DNA of 45,460 nt from Thraustochytrium aureum (Eukaryota). The stretch's first letter is position 1, and every line of letters starts with the position of its first letter. The notes beneath the pieces are model-generated. The model was not told the origin of the DNA. It did no database searches and saw only the letters and a list, made by a program, of their open reading frames with translations. Made by a program: the position numbers and the translations under genes. The DNA is taken from NCBI GenBank assembly GCA_012862495.1, contig BLSG01000164.1, positions 7,200 through 52,659 of the forward strand. The letters are read 5' to 3'. Positions 20,295-30,700 of this stretch are shown piece by piece.

Positions 20295-21263
20295 NNNNNN
20301 NNNNNNNNNNNNNNNNNNNNNNNNNNNNNNNNNNNNNNNNNNNNNNNNNNNNNNNNNNNNNNNNNNNNNNNNNNNNNNNNNNNNNNNNNNNNNNNNNNNN
20401 NNNNNNNNNNNNNNNNNNNNNNNNNNNNNNNNNNNNNNNNNNNNNNNNNNNNNNNNNNNNNNNNNNNNNNNNNNNNNNNNNNNNNNNNNNNNNNNNNNNN
20501 NNNNNNNNNNNNNNNNNNNNNNNNNNNNNNNNNNNNNNNNNNNNNNNNNNNNNNNNNNNNNNNNNNNNNNNNNNNNNNNNNNNNNNNNNNNNNNNNNNNN
20601 NNNNNNNNNNNNNNNNNNNNNNNNNNNNNNNNNNNNNNNNNNNNNNNNNNNNNNNNNNNNNNNNNNNNNNNNNNNNNNNNNNNNNNNNNNNNNNNNNNNN
20701 NNNNNNNNNNNNNNNNNNNNNNNNNNNNNNNNNNNNNNNNNNNNNNNNNNNNNNNNNNNNNNNNNNNNNNNNNNNNNNNNNNNNNNNNNNNNNNNNNNNN
20801 NNNNNNNNNNNNNNNNNNNNNNNNNNNNNNNNNNNNNNNNNNNNNNNNNNNNNNNNNNNNNNNNNNNNNNNNNNNNNNNNNNNNNNNNNNNNNNNNNNNN
20901 NNNNNNNNNNNNNNNNNNNNNNNNNNNNNNNNNNNNNNNNNNNNNNNNNNNNNNNNNNNNNNNNNNNNNNNNNNNNNNNNNNNNNNNNNNNNNNNNNNNN
21001 NNNNNNNNNNNNNNNNNNNNNNNNNNNNNNNNNNNNNNNNNNNNNNNNNNNNNNNNNNNNNNNNNNNNNNNNNNNNNNNNNNNNNNNNNNNNNNNNNNNN
21101 NNNNNNNNNNNNNNNNNNNNNNNNNNNNNNNNNNNNNNNNNNNNNNNNNNNNNNNNNNNNNNNNNNNNNNNNNNNNNNNNNNNNNNNNNNNNNNNNNNNN
21201 NNNNNNNNNNNNNNNNNNNNNNNNNNNNNNNNNNNNNNNNNNNNNNNNNNNNNNNNNNNNNNN

Positions 21264-21461
21264 GCGCTGGAGATAGGCAAGAGAAACACGCCGTTCGAGG
21301 TCGACCTGGAGAACTTTCAAGGTGAAAAGCCCTGGACGCGATTCAACAGCTCCATGGACGACTACTTCAACTTTGGTTTCAACGAGCAGACCTGGCGCGA
21401 CTACGCCGCGCGCCAGGTAGCCCTGCGGATCCACTACCTCGAGACACAGCGCAAGTCGTGA
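21264..21461 (+). CDS. FIP1: Pre-mRNA 3'-end processing factor Fip1 (Fip1 motif), 3' fragment
   Basis: FEVDLENFQGEKPWTRFNSSMDDYFNFGFNEQTWRDYAARQ matches the Fip1 motif (KPW..G.D.SDYFNYGFNE.TW..YC..Q). Confidence 0.9.
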   Translation, partial: ALEIGKRNTPFEVDLENFQGEKPWTRFNSSMDDYFNFGFNEQTWRDYAARQVALRIHYLETQRKS

Positions 21462-21677
21462 CGGGTACACGAGTCATGCCATCCCTTCCCTTGCGCGCGG
21501 TCGCACGAGCGGACTAGCGGTAATGCGGCAGGCAGAGAGGCCTTGCTCTTTGTGGGGGCACGAGCGTTGGCCCCATCAGCTCGACAAGGACGAGCCCTAC
21601 ATATACAAACAAAAATGGTCTTTTGTTCTGGCAAGGCCCTTGCGCTGCAGCCTCGCTTCTAGCGCTAGTAGAGAGAG

Positions 21678-22971
21678 CTAGCCTGACGTATCCACCAACC
21701 CAAAAATATCCTCGAACAAGTCATCCGGCCCGAAGGCGTCAGCGAGGTTCAAAGACCCAAGCCAATCGTCGCCCGGCGCCTCGCGCCCTTGACCAGTTCC
21801 GCCGCAGGTGAAAGGATCGAGGTCGTCATATGCCGCCAGCCGCGGATCGGCCCAGTCGGCCACCGCTGGCGTCGCAGCCGCCGCGGCCGCCGCTGCCACT
21901 CGCGCCGACGACCACTTGCGCCGCACAACGACGGTTGACGCCATAGCGTTGTCGTCAATGGCAAACTCTTCGTCTTCCGCACAAGCCGGCCACGAACGAA
22001 CGATAAAAAAGAGTTCCGACTGGGCTGTGAAATGCGCTGTTATTACCACGTGGATCGCGACCGAGACGTTCCGCAGGTCGGAGAAGCTCGTCTGAAACAC
22101 GAGCGGCTTGGCACGTGCGCGCCCCACATACCCTCGCGTCACGGTGCGCATCAGAAGCATCCCAGCCTTGAGGATCGGAAAGTAGTGCCCAGGAATGCTT
22201 TCGAAGAACTTTGTCACGGAGCACCCGTACAGTTTTTGAACGTAGTCTGTCTCGAACACGACGCCACCAGCAACAGACCCCGCAGCAGAATCCACCACAA
22301 ACACAAGCGCCTCGCCTTCAAGCGGCTCGGCGGCCTGCGCCCGAGGTCGATCATTTCTTGACGGCTCGAAGCAGACAGCTCGGGCTTGCGGAACATGCGC
22401 TGGAACATCGAGTTCAGGTCGGCCCAGAATCCGCTCACGAGGCAAGTCACTTTTGAGGGTGGAGCGCTCGCCCCAGTCTGGGGCGCCCTCATGCCCTCGC
22501 CTCGGTCTTGGCTAGCGTGCCTTTCTGCTTCGCCTGGCTCGATTGGCGCCTCGTGCTCGCTCTCTTGCTCACTCGGGCAGCAGCTGCTGGCCTTGGCTGT
22601 TCCCTGAGCGAGGAGGAGGAAGAGGCGAACCTTGGTCGCCAGCATGTCGGGCTCCGGCGAGAGCACACGCGGTAGTCGTTTTCGATCGGGTCGCGCTCGC
22701 TCTTCATGAAAATGTCCAGCTCAATGCGGCGGGCGAGGTCCATGATCTCTGCGACGCGCGACGAGTCCGCCGTCAAGGTGGCAAACTCTGGCTGTCGCGC
22801 CACCTCGAGCGCAACGGCCTTGATCACACGGGCCCGTTCCGCGTCGCGTACACCAGCCCGCCTTCGTTTTCGCCGCGGCGCTTCCTGCTCGTGTCGCGCT
22901 GCTTGCTCCCGCGGCCGCGTGGCTGCTGCAGGCACTCGGCCATGGTGCGCACCCTCCTGGATCCGGTCCAT
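21678..22971 (-). CDS. Hypothetical nuclear protein with a KIX-like helical segment and an acidic C-terminus (frameshifts at ~22668 and ~22341)
   Basis: Three overlapping ORFs join by single-base corrections: MDRIQEG...PRRKRRR...LARRIELDIFMKSE...DY / VLSPEPDMLATKVRLFL...MIDLG / AQAAEPLEGEALVFVVD...DDLFEDIFGLVDTSG*. Confidence 0.55.
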
Positions 22972-23538
22972 GAGCGAGCGAGCGAGCGTGCGAGCAGGCC
23001 GCAAACCCGCGAAAGCCGCAAGCGCTGCAAAGCGACGACTGGCTCGCTCTGCCGCGGCAGAGTTGCTGGGATCCGACGCCGAAGAGCTCTGCGGCTGACG
23101 TGTGTGGGACTCGCCAAGTCGCAGGAGTACTCTGCCTGCTCACACCCAGTCATGGCAGATGCACCGAAGTTCACGAAAGTACTCATCAGCTCCCTGATCA
23201 TCCGTCCACCGTCGCTGACGGGGAAGATCGGAGCCCGCGCGCCGGGTCGAGGAGCAGCAGGACGGGGAAGAGGGCTGCGAACCCGAGCTCTACGAGAGGG
23301 AATGAAGGTGTTACTGAGCCCTACGATGGTACCTACTAGTACAGGAGTCGAACAACCGTTTCGACGCAGTCCACCGGCCACCGTCGAGCTGACTTGGCCA
23401 GCCAACAGACCTTGCGAACAGGAAGGCCCCACCCCACATGACTGGGAGTTCGCCAGTTGAGGCGGGGTTGCGGCCCGTGGACCCAATCTCAACCTGGTCG
23501 ATTGCTCGCGACGCGTCTCGTCGTCGATTCGTGAACAT

Positions 23539-24696
23539 CTACGAGGCGGTCGCCTCTTCGGCGATGCGCGATGGTGCAGTCCTTCCGAGGGAATCAACCG
23601 CCGCCTCGGGGCAGGTGCTGGCAATGCGCAATCCGCGCGTTTGAAAGTACGCAATGAGGTCCAAGAACACCTCCGAACGGTGCCGAACAAAATCATGATG
23701 CAGAACATGAGACGAGTCCCAGCTCACCAAAAGTGAGCACCCCTGCGCGGACAATACCGAATCGGGCCGGTCAGTGGCCTGCCAGGAGCTCGAGCCTGGC
23801 CCCATGTACGAAATGAACGCGTTGGCCACCCCTGGCCTCGACGCAAGCACGCCGCGCAGTTCTCGTTCAAGCTGCCTAACGTTGAGCTTGCCGCCCGATT
23901 TAACCTCGAGCGGCACAAACACTTTGGTTTGGCGTGTCTGGGATTGGGAATGGTTCACAAAAGGGCGCGTAATGAACTCTGCACTCGGCACGAATATGAC
24001 GTCTTCCCCCTTTTTCTCCAAGGCCACCGCCATCGACCCAATCCGCAGCACGCGACCGGCAATGCCTCGGATCTCTACCAGGTCGCCCAGTTCAAAGCTG
24101 TTGTCGGCGAGAAGGGTGAGGCTGCTCAACACGTCCCGAAGCACCGACACGAAGCCCAGCAGCAAGCTGATGCCGATGAACGAGTCTAGGAGCGCACCGA
24201 ACCCAAACACACTCCACACAATGACGACCGCTACCGCAAAACAAAGTATGCTCACGACAAGCGGAAGAACGTCCTTGAGGTACTCCACAAGAACCCTTGG
24301 CGCCGCGCTCCGCGACACCACGAAAACCCCCACCGTCGACCCAAATTGGAGCACGCGAAACACGACGTACAGGATCAGTGGCAGTGCAACCACAAACCAC
24401 ACCGTGCGGAGCACATTGCCCGCACTGCTCCCTATGACATCCAGCTGCGTGAGCAAGAACGTCCAAATGAGGTACAGCACCACGCGCAAAGGCCTCCTGA
24501 GCGTCTGCTTCGCCTCGCGCAGCAGTCCGTCAGCGACCGTGAGCCCTTTCGCGACGGCATCCAGCAGAGCAAACAGGAGCGCGCTCTGCACCGTCACCGT
24601 GACCAGCCCCACGAGGCTCACCGCCAGCAAGGCGATCGACGAGCCGTCCCAGCCCATCCCGCCCAAGCCCGCTGCCGCATTCGGGCTCTGCCGCAT
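23539..24696 (-). CDS. Small-conductance mechanosensitive channel (MscS family)
   Basis: Several TM helices, then GISLLLGFVSVLRDVLSSLTLLADNSFELGDLVEIRGIAGRVLRIG...VIFVPSAEFITRPFVNHS (TM3 plus beta domain) and C-terminal RSEVFLDLIAYFQTRGLRIA. Confidence 0.88.
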   Translation of the reverse strand: MRQSPNAAAGLGGMGWDGSSIALLAVSLVGLVTVTVQSALLFALLDAVAKGLTVADGLLREAKQTLRRPLRVVLYLIWTFLLTQLDVIGSSAGNVLRTVWFVVALPLILYVVFRVLQFGSTVGVFVVSRSAAPRVLVEYLKDVLPLVVSILCFAVAVVIVWSVFGFGALLDSFIGISLLLGFVSVLRDVLSSLTLLADNSFELGDLVEIRGIAGRVLRIGSMAVALEKKGEDVIFVPSAEFITRPFVNHSQSQTRQTKVFVPLEVKSGGKLNVRQLERELRGVLASRPGVANAFISYMGPGSSSWQATDRPDSVLSAQGCSLLVSWDSSHVLHHDFVRHRSEVFLDLIAYFQTRGLRIASTCPEAAVDSLGRTAPSRIAEEATAS

Positions 24697-24889
24697 CGTG
24701 CCACCTGCAACATCTCGGTCCCCAGAGCCCGCGTGCCGTCGTTAAACCCTCTCGACAGACCACAATTCTATCCGTTGGGACCGTTCATGGGCGCCGCTGC
24801 CGACCTCGTCGCGGCTTGGTGGCCGGCCTGGCACGGCTCTGCTTGTGCTCAGCTTGGCAAGGCTCGGCAAGGCCTTGGTGGCCTGGCAA

Positions 24890-25290
24890 GGCTCTGGCAC
24901 GGCTTTGGTTGCTCGGTTGCGGCTCGTCCTGCTGCTGCTTGCTCATCGGGCTGGCTCAGACCTCGACGCGGGGCAAGGCTCGGCTAGGCTCTGGTCGATT
25001 GCGGTTGGCTCGTCGCCGCTGCTGCTGCTGCTGCTNNNNNNNNNNNNNNNNNNNNNNNNNNNNNNNNNNNNNNNNNNNNNNNNNNNNNNNNNNNNNNNNN
25101 NNNNNNNNNNNNNNNNNNNNNNNNNNNNNNNNNNNNNNNNNNNNNNNNNNNNNNNNNNNNNNNNNNNNNNNNNNNNNNNNNNNNNNNNNNNNNNNNNNNN
25201 NNNNNNNNNNNNNNNNNNNCATCGGGCTGGCTCAGACCTCGACGCGGGGCAAGGCTCGGCTTGGCACGGCATTGGTTGCTCGGTCGCCGC
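24890..25290. repeat. Collapsed tandem repeat array around a gap
   Basis: An identical 42-mer (catcgggctggctcagacctcgacgcggggcaaggctcggct) lies at 24944-24985 and 25220-25261. The motif tggcacggc.ttggttgctcggt also occurs on both sides, with (GCT)n at the gap edge. Confidence 0.8.
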
Positions 25291-25411
25291 TGCTGCTAGC
25301 TGGAGCTGCGGATTGGAACTCTTTCGGTTGGCCGCGGCGGCTGCGCGGCTCGCGCGCCTGTGAATCTGCGCTGCCGTGAACGCGCTCCGTGGCTTGGAGA
25401 AGATCCAACAG

Positions 25412-27494
25412 ATGAGGCAACGCGAGGGAAACGAAGAGGTGGGCGCCGTCGCGTTGGCGCAAACAAGACGCGCATTGGCGAGATCTGGGCCAAAGATCGT
25501 GCGACTTGTGAATAGGTCGCTGGTCGTCGACTCTTTGGAGGCAGGCGGAAAGGCGCGCGCGCTTCGCGATGACCTTCCCGCGCTCCGCAAGTACCTGCAA
25601 GTGGCGTCGGGATGCGACGCCGAACGAGTGGATAGCACTTGCTCCGGGGAGAGAAACCAAGACAACGAGTACGACGACGACGAGTTTGACACGGTTGAGA
25701 CAGACCACGGCAAAACGCTCGACCACGCGGTCGCGCTTTACCGAACCGCATTCGAGCTGTGCAAAGCACCAGGGAGCACATGCGTCCAGGTTGGCGCCCT
25801 TCGCTCGGCGCTCAATGAGGCCGGGGGCGGAGACGTTTTGGATGACAAGCCCCTTGCAAAGCTTCGCACAGAGGACACGATATCCTGGCTTTACGTCTCG
25901 CTTGTGCTACGAGCGTACCTGAGCCCCCACGAAAAGGATCACCAGTGGGCCGAGCTTGACCGCGACCAGCAGAAGCGCGCCAAGCGCGTTTACGTGCGAG
26001 CGTGCAAGCTGGGCGGGGGCATGGGCCTCGTAGCAGCGCTGCGGCTTGCGGGCCGCATCGAGCCAGCAGCAAGTCGTCCAACGATGGACGCAGCATTGAG
26101 CGGCATGCCTGGAAAGCAAGTTGTCCCGCGGGCGCTCTTCGAACGGCTTCTCGCCGACCCGAGTCTCCTGGCAAACTTCAAAGACCACATTCAACACTCT
26201 GCTGCTGCCGCCGTCGCAGTTGCTCGCAACTGCTTTTCGCAGGTCGCAAAGGAAAGGGAGGCTTCTGTCGCCGACATCAAAGCGGCGATGAGGAGCATCG
26301 CTGCATCAGAGGGCGCCTTGGACGCCCTCTATGGGCTTTGCGACGATGATGAGGTCCTCTCGTGGACAGAGTTGCGGGCTTTCTTGCTGGACCCGTTCGC
26401 TCCACGGCCAGGCATCGAATCTCGAAGGCCACCACTTGAACGGCACAACCTCAGTCGCCGCCTCGAGCGGGTTGTGGCGGGCGAGTTCGAGCGCTGCAAG
26501 GAGCAGGGTCCGGGCGAGGTCTCTCGCGCCGAGCTAGTGGCCAGGCTCAACACGAGCGCCGCATTTGCCGAGTACTCCGGCCGGCCTGTCCCTGCTGACA
26601 TAGGGATCGCCCGAGGAGGCGGCAACTCTGCTCTGCAACACTCGTTGACCACCACCCTTGGCGAGGCTCTGTGCGGGATCTCGTCCGTCATGGGCCAATA
26701 CCTTGCGAGTGGCGGAGTAACAGGACTCAGGCGCGCCGCCAATGTTGCTGCAGAGATGTGCAAGGTTCGAGGATGCGCTGCAAAACGGGGCGGCCGCGAA
26801 GACTATCGGCACGTATTTGAATCTGCGGACGCNNNNNNNNNNNNNNNNNNNNNNNNNNNNNNNNNNNNNNNNNNNNNNNNNNNNNNNNNNNNNNNNNNNN
26901 NNNNNNNNNNNNNNNNNNNNNNNNNNNNNNNNNNNNNNNNNNNNNNNNNNNNNNNNNNNNNNNNNNNNNNNNNNNNNNNNNNNNNNNNNNNNNNNNNNNN
27001 NNNNNNNNNNNNNNNNNNNNNNNNNNNNNNNNNNNNNNNNNNNNNNNNNNNNNNNNNNNNNNNNNNNNNNNNNNNNNNNNNNNNNNNNNNNNNNNNNNNN
27101 NNNNNNNNNNNNNNNNGCGACGGGTTTGCTCTCGTCGAACACGGTGATTCGGCTGTGCGACGAGGTTGGTCTGGCCGTCGACCGCCAGACGCTCAAACGC
27201 TTTGCAGTCCAAGGCGGCTACATCCTCTACTTGGCCATGCTGAATCTGGCCCACAAGGCTGACCTCGGCGAGTCCAGCCGGAGCCGGGCAGCCGCCGAGC
27301 ACGCGATTGCCAAGTGCACTGGTTTATTCGAGGCCAACAGAGTTGCATCTGGCACTTGGCAGCCCGGCGTTGTGTTGGACCAGCTGCGGAGCCTGAAAGT
27401 GCTTACCCCATTTGAGCAGCGCTCTCTGGTTCGGCGCTGGGAGGCCTATCCGGGAGGCTATGTTGAGGTGCCGCGTTTCTCTACGCAAAGCTGA
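25412..27494 (+). CDS. Hypothetical helical protein with degenerate EF-hand-like repeats, spanning a gap
   Basis: Long open frame with EF-like segments (LCDDDEVLSWTELRAFL; FERCKEQGPGEVSRAELVARL; YRHVFESAD..ATGLLSSNTVIRLCDEVG). The post-gap frame ends with TGA at 27492-27494. Confidence 0.6.
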
Positions 27495-27743
27495 GCGCCG
27501 ACAATGTTGGCGGTGAAAACCTGAATTGGAACTCGCAGATGGCGGCTCGCCAACGCGCAACCTACTAGTATACTTGTCATTTGCGGGCTTGCTGGGCTGT
27601 CGGCACCGTTCTTTCTTGCTTCGGGGTTCGCGTGCACCTCTAGTAGCTAGTAGAGAGAGGTGGAGCGGTCGAGTACATTGCAAGGGAGGATCAACACAAA
27701 ATACAAAATGCATGGTCCGGCTTGCGCTTCCACAACCCTGAAC

Positions 27744-30700
27744 CTATCTACCGACAATTCTCTCAATCAGCTCCGCATGATACGCCTCGGCCTTCTCCTC
27801 CAGCCGTTTGATCTTCGAGAGCAGATACATTGCTTCTCGGATGCACTTGAGCGTCAAGCCCAAAATTGCGGCCGAGTCGAGAGTATCCAGCTTGTTCATG
27901 AGGTCGATCGGAGAGCGCACCCGGATCTCCCGGCGCCGCCTGGAGAAGACCTGAAGGATCCTCCAACCACTTGCAAAGCGGCTGTGCGCCGCCTTGGTGC
28001 TCCCGAAGCTGACCTCGACTGTTTTGAGGAAGTGCTTTGCATCGCGCCAGTTCTTCTGCATGATGTGATACTGCGCCATCATGCAGCACGTTTTGATCCT
28101 GTACAAGTCGAACAACGTACTGGTGCTTCGCCTCCGGATTGCACTTGTCCTCGAGCTCGTAATGGAAGAACAGAGTATCCACAATCTCCTTGCAGGAGAA
28201 CGCCAAGCACTCGACAGAGGCCTTGTCGTTATTGCGGATAGAATCCCGTATCCCGGTCTCAAAGTAGGTGAAAGCCTTGACGTATTGCTCCGCTAACATG
28301 GCGTGGTACCCGAGCATGCCAATGTCCACGTCTGTCGTGCGCCCTGACGCGCCGCCTTCCGATGGCGCCGCGTGCTGCTCGTACCATTCGAGCACGAACT
28401 GGTGGATCGTTTTCTTGTCTCCGTGCAGCATCATGTTGTAGATTACGCAGCGCTCTTGGTCCCCCTTGATGAGAAGGTGGCTCCCTCGCCCCGTTTTGGG
28501 GTCCACGCCGGATCCACCGGCCATCTGCTCCGAAATCAGCCCCATGTTCTTCAGTACCTCGAGAGCCTCGTAAAACTCTGCTTTGAGGGCCTCCTCGGCG
28601 ACGGACGTCTGCGAGTTGGCATTGCTCTGCGATGAAGACTGCTTCTGTATCGACCGCGACTCTAGCGTTCTGCTCGAGCCCCACAACTTCCTGTTGCTGA
28701 GCGACTGGCGAGAGAAGATTGACCGTCGCGCAGAGTCGCTGCGGACGGCAACGATTGGCTTGGCGCCGCCGCTGTACTTTTTCCCTTCCGGGGCGTAACC
28801 ACTGCCGTCCCCGACTTTCTGCGGGGCGCTCGAGGACCGGCCCACGGCAACGTGGCCAGAACCCCTGTCGCCACCGGCGCTGCTGGCACGGAGGCCAGGC
28901 TCGTCATTCTCTTCGATCTCGTCGAGGGCGTTGGGGCTTGTTGGGTCGAACGGGTTGATCACCACGTCCTCAAGTCCGCCCCGATGCACCGGGTCCTGCG
29001 GCGGCGGTGGCACCGGCAAAGTGCCGGGCGCGCTCTCGACAGCGTCGGGCCCAAAGCCATGGTTGTTTCCAGCGACCTTGTTCTCGCCGTCACTGGCGGC
29101 GAATTCGGTGGGCATGTTGCCGGGCACTGTCGAGCTAGCCTGGTGGAGGAGCTGCGTTTTCCTCGAGTAAAGAAAAAAAGCAGCTGCATGGGAACCAGTT
29201 TGCCGACCGCGCTTGCCAGCTTGAGCGCCAGCTGGACGTTCTTGGGGAGGCGGTCAAACCGCCTGTAGACATCCGCCACGAACGTTGCTGAGAGGCTCAG
29301 CATGAGGATGTTCTCCGTCGGCATGTCCGTGAGCGACTCTGGGAGCTGCGCCACGCCCGTTATGGGGTCAACTTGGACATAGGCTTGCTCCACGAGGCCG
29401 TTGAACATCGTGAGGAGCCCTCCCGGGTTGCCTTCAGTAGCTTGGTAAAGGAAACGGCTGAGCTTGTTGCCGACCACGACCCCGTGGTGCATGTTCAGAA
29501 AATGGACACACTCCCGGATTGCGAGCGGGGTGAGCTGGGCAGAAACGCACCACGAGGGTCGATCCCCCCTCTGCCCTTGGGCGCCATCTCCAGCTGCCGC
29601 AGAAGGGGTTGCCGCAGCACTTGCCTTTGCTGCAGCACCCGTTGGGGTTGCTGCGGACGTCGAGGCAGCGGATGTCGCAGACCCAGCAGCTCCTGGCACG
29701 GCAGCCGCTGATGGCGGCGCCGTCGAGCCGAGCGAGCTGGACGCAGAAGCCGCAAACGGGGAAGCAGCGCTAGGCGCTGGGGCTTCTGCATTGGCGTCAG
29801 GCTCGGGCTCCTCGCCACAGCGCTTGGCCTCCTGCTTGCACAGCTCCATGAGTTCCTTCCAGTGCGGGCTCTCCGTCTCGGTCGGCTTGTACGTGATGAG
29901 AAAGCGCACCGCAGGCCCCGGAAGCCTCGGCTTTTGGTGGACCGGCTTCGTGGGAAAGTTCACTCGATCCAACTCGCGATCCTGCGCTTCTGACACCTCG
30001 GCTTTGCCCTGCCGCACCGCGCGTTTCAAAAGCTCCCAGGAATCCTCGTCCATGTTGTGTGCGTCGTCGATCACGATCAGCGTTGAGCCAGTCTTGCCAA
30101 CCTCTTCCAACAAGCCCAGGATCAACTCCATGATGTCCTCATGGTTGATGCGCCTTTCGCGCACGAGCGATGACGGGTTCGAAAGACGGCGCGAGTGCAC
30201 AGCGGCGTTAGTCATCAGCTCTTGGTGTTCCACGGAGGGCGTGCTGGAAGGCGAGGCCTTTTCCCACAGGTCGTCGTCAAATTCTTGCGGGGTTCGCCGG
30301 AGAAAGCGGTGCGACGGCGAGCCGGGGATCGAGCTGGGCAGCTCGCCCAGGGTCCGGAGCAGTCCGTTGGCGGGCCTCCGCAACGCGCCGAGCATACTCG
30401 TCTCGCTCAACTCGCTGCCGGTTCGCATCCGATTCCGCTCCACCGCGTACGCCGCGGCGTCTGGGTTTGTGGGAAAGTAAAAGCCGGGCATGATTTGACC
30501 GAGCGCCGAGAGCCGCCTGTGCTTGACGCGACCGGAGTCTAGAAGCCGTTTGAGGACCACTGACTGCTCGGCGAGGTGTTGATCGCCGCTCTGCGTGCTG
30601 AGTTTCAGGAAGCGGCCGCCCTTTGTGTTTGGTGGCAGAAACGGCGCCCCGGTGCCTGTGGAGGGCGTGCGCAGCCGCTGGGGCTGCGAAGCGCCCACAT

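Noticed and set aside
19463..21461. RNase HII-Fip1 fusion
   Set aside because: The two are joined only across a ~970-N gap. There is no evidence for one reading frame.
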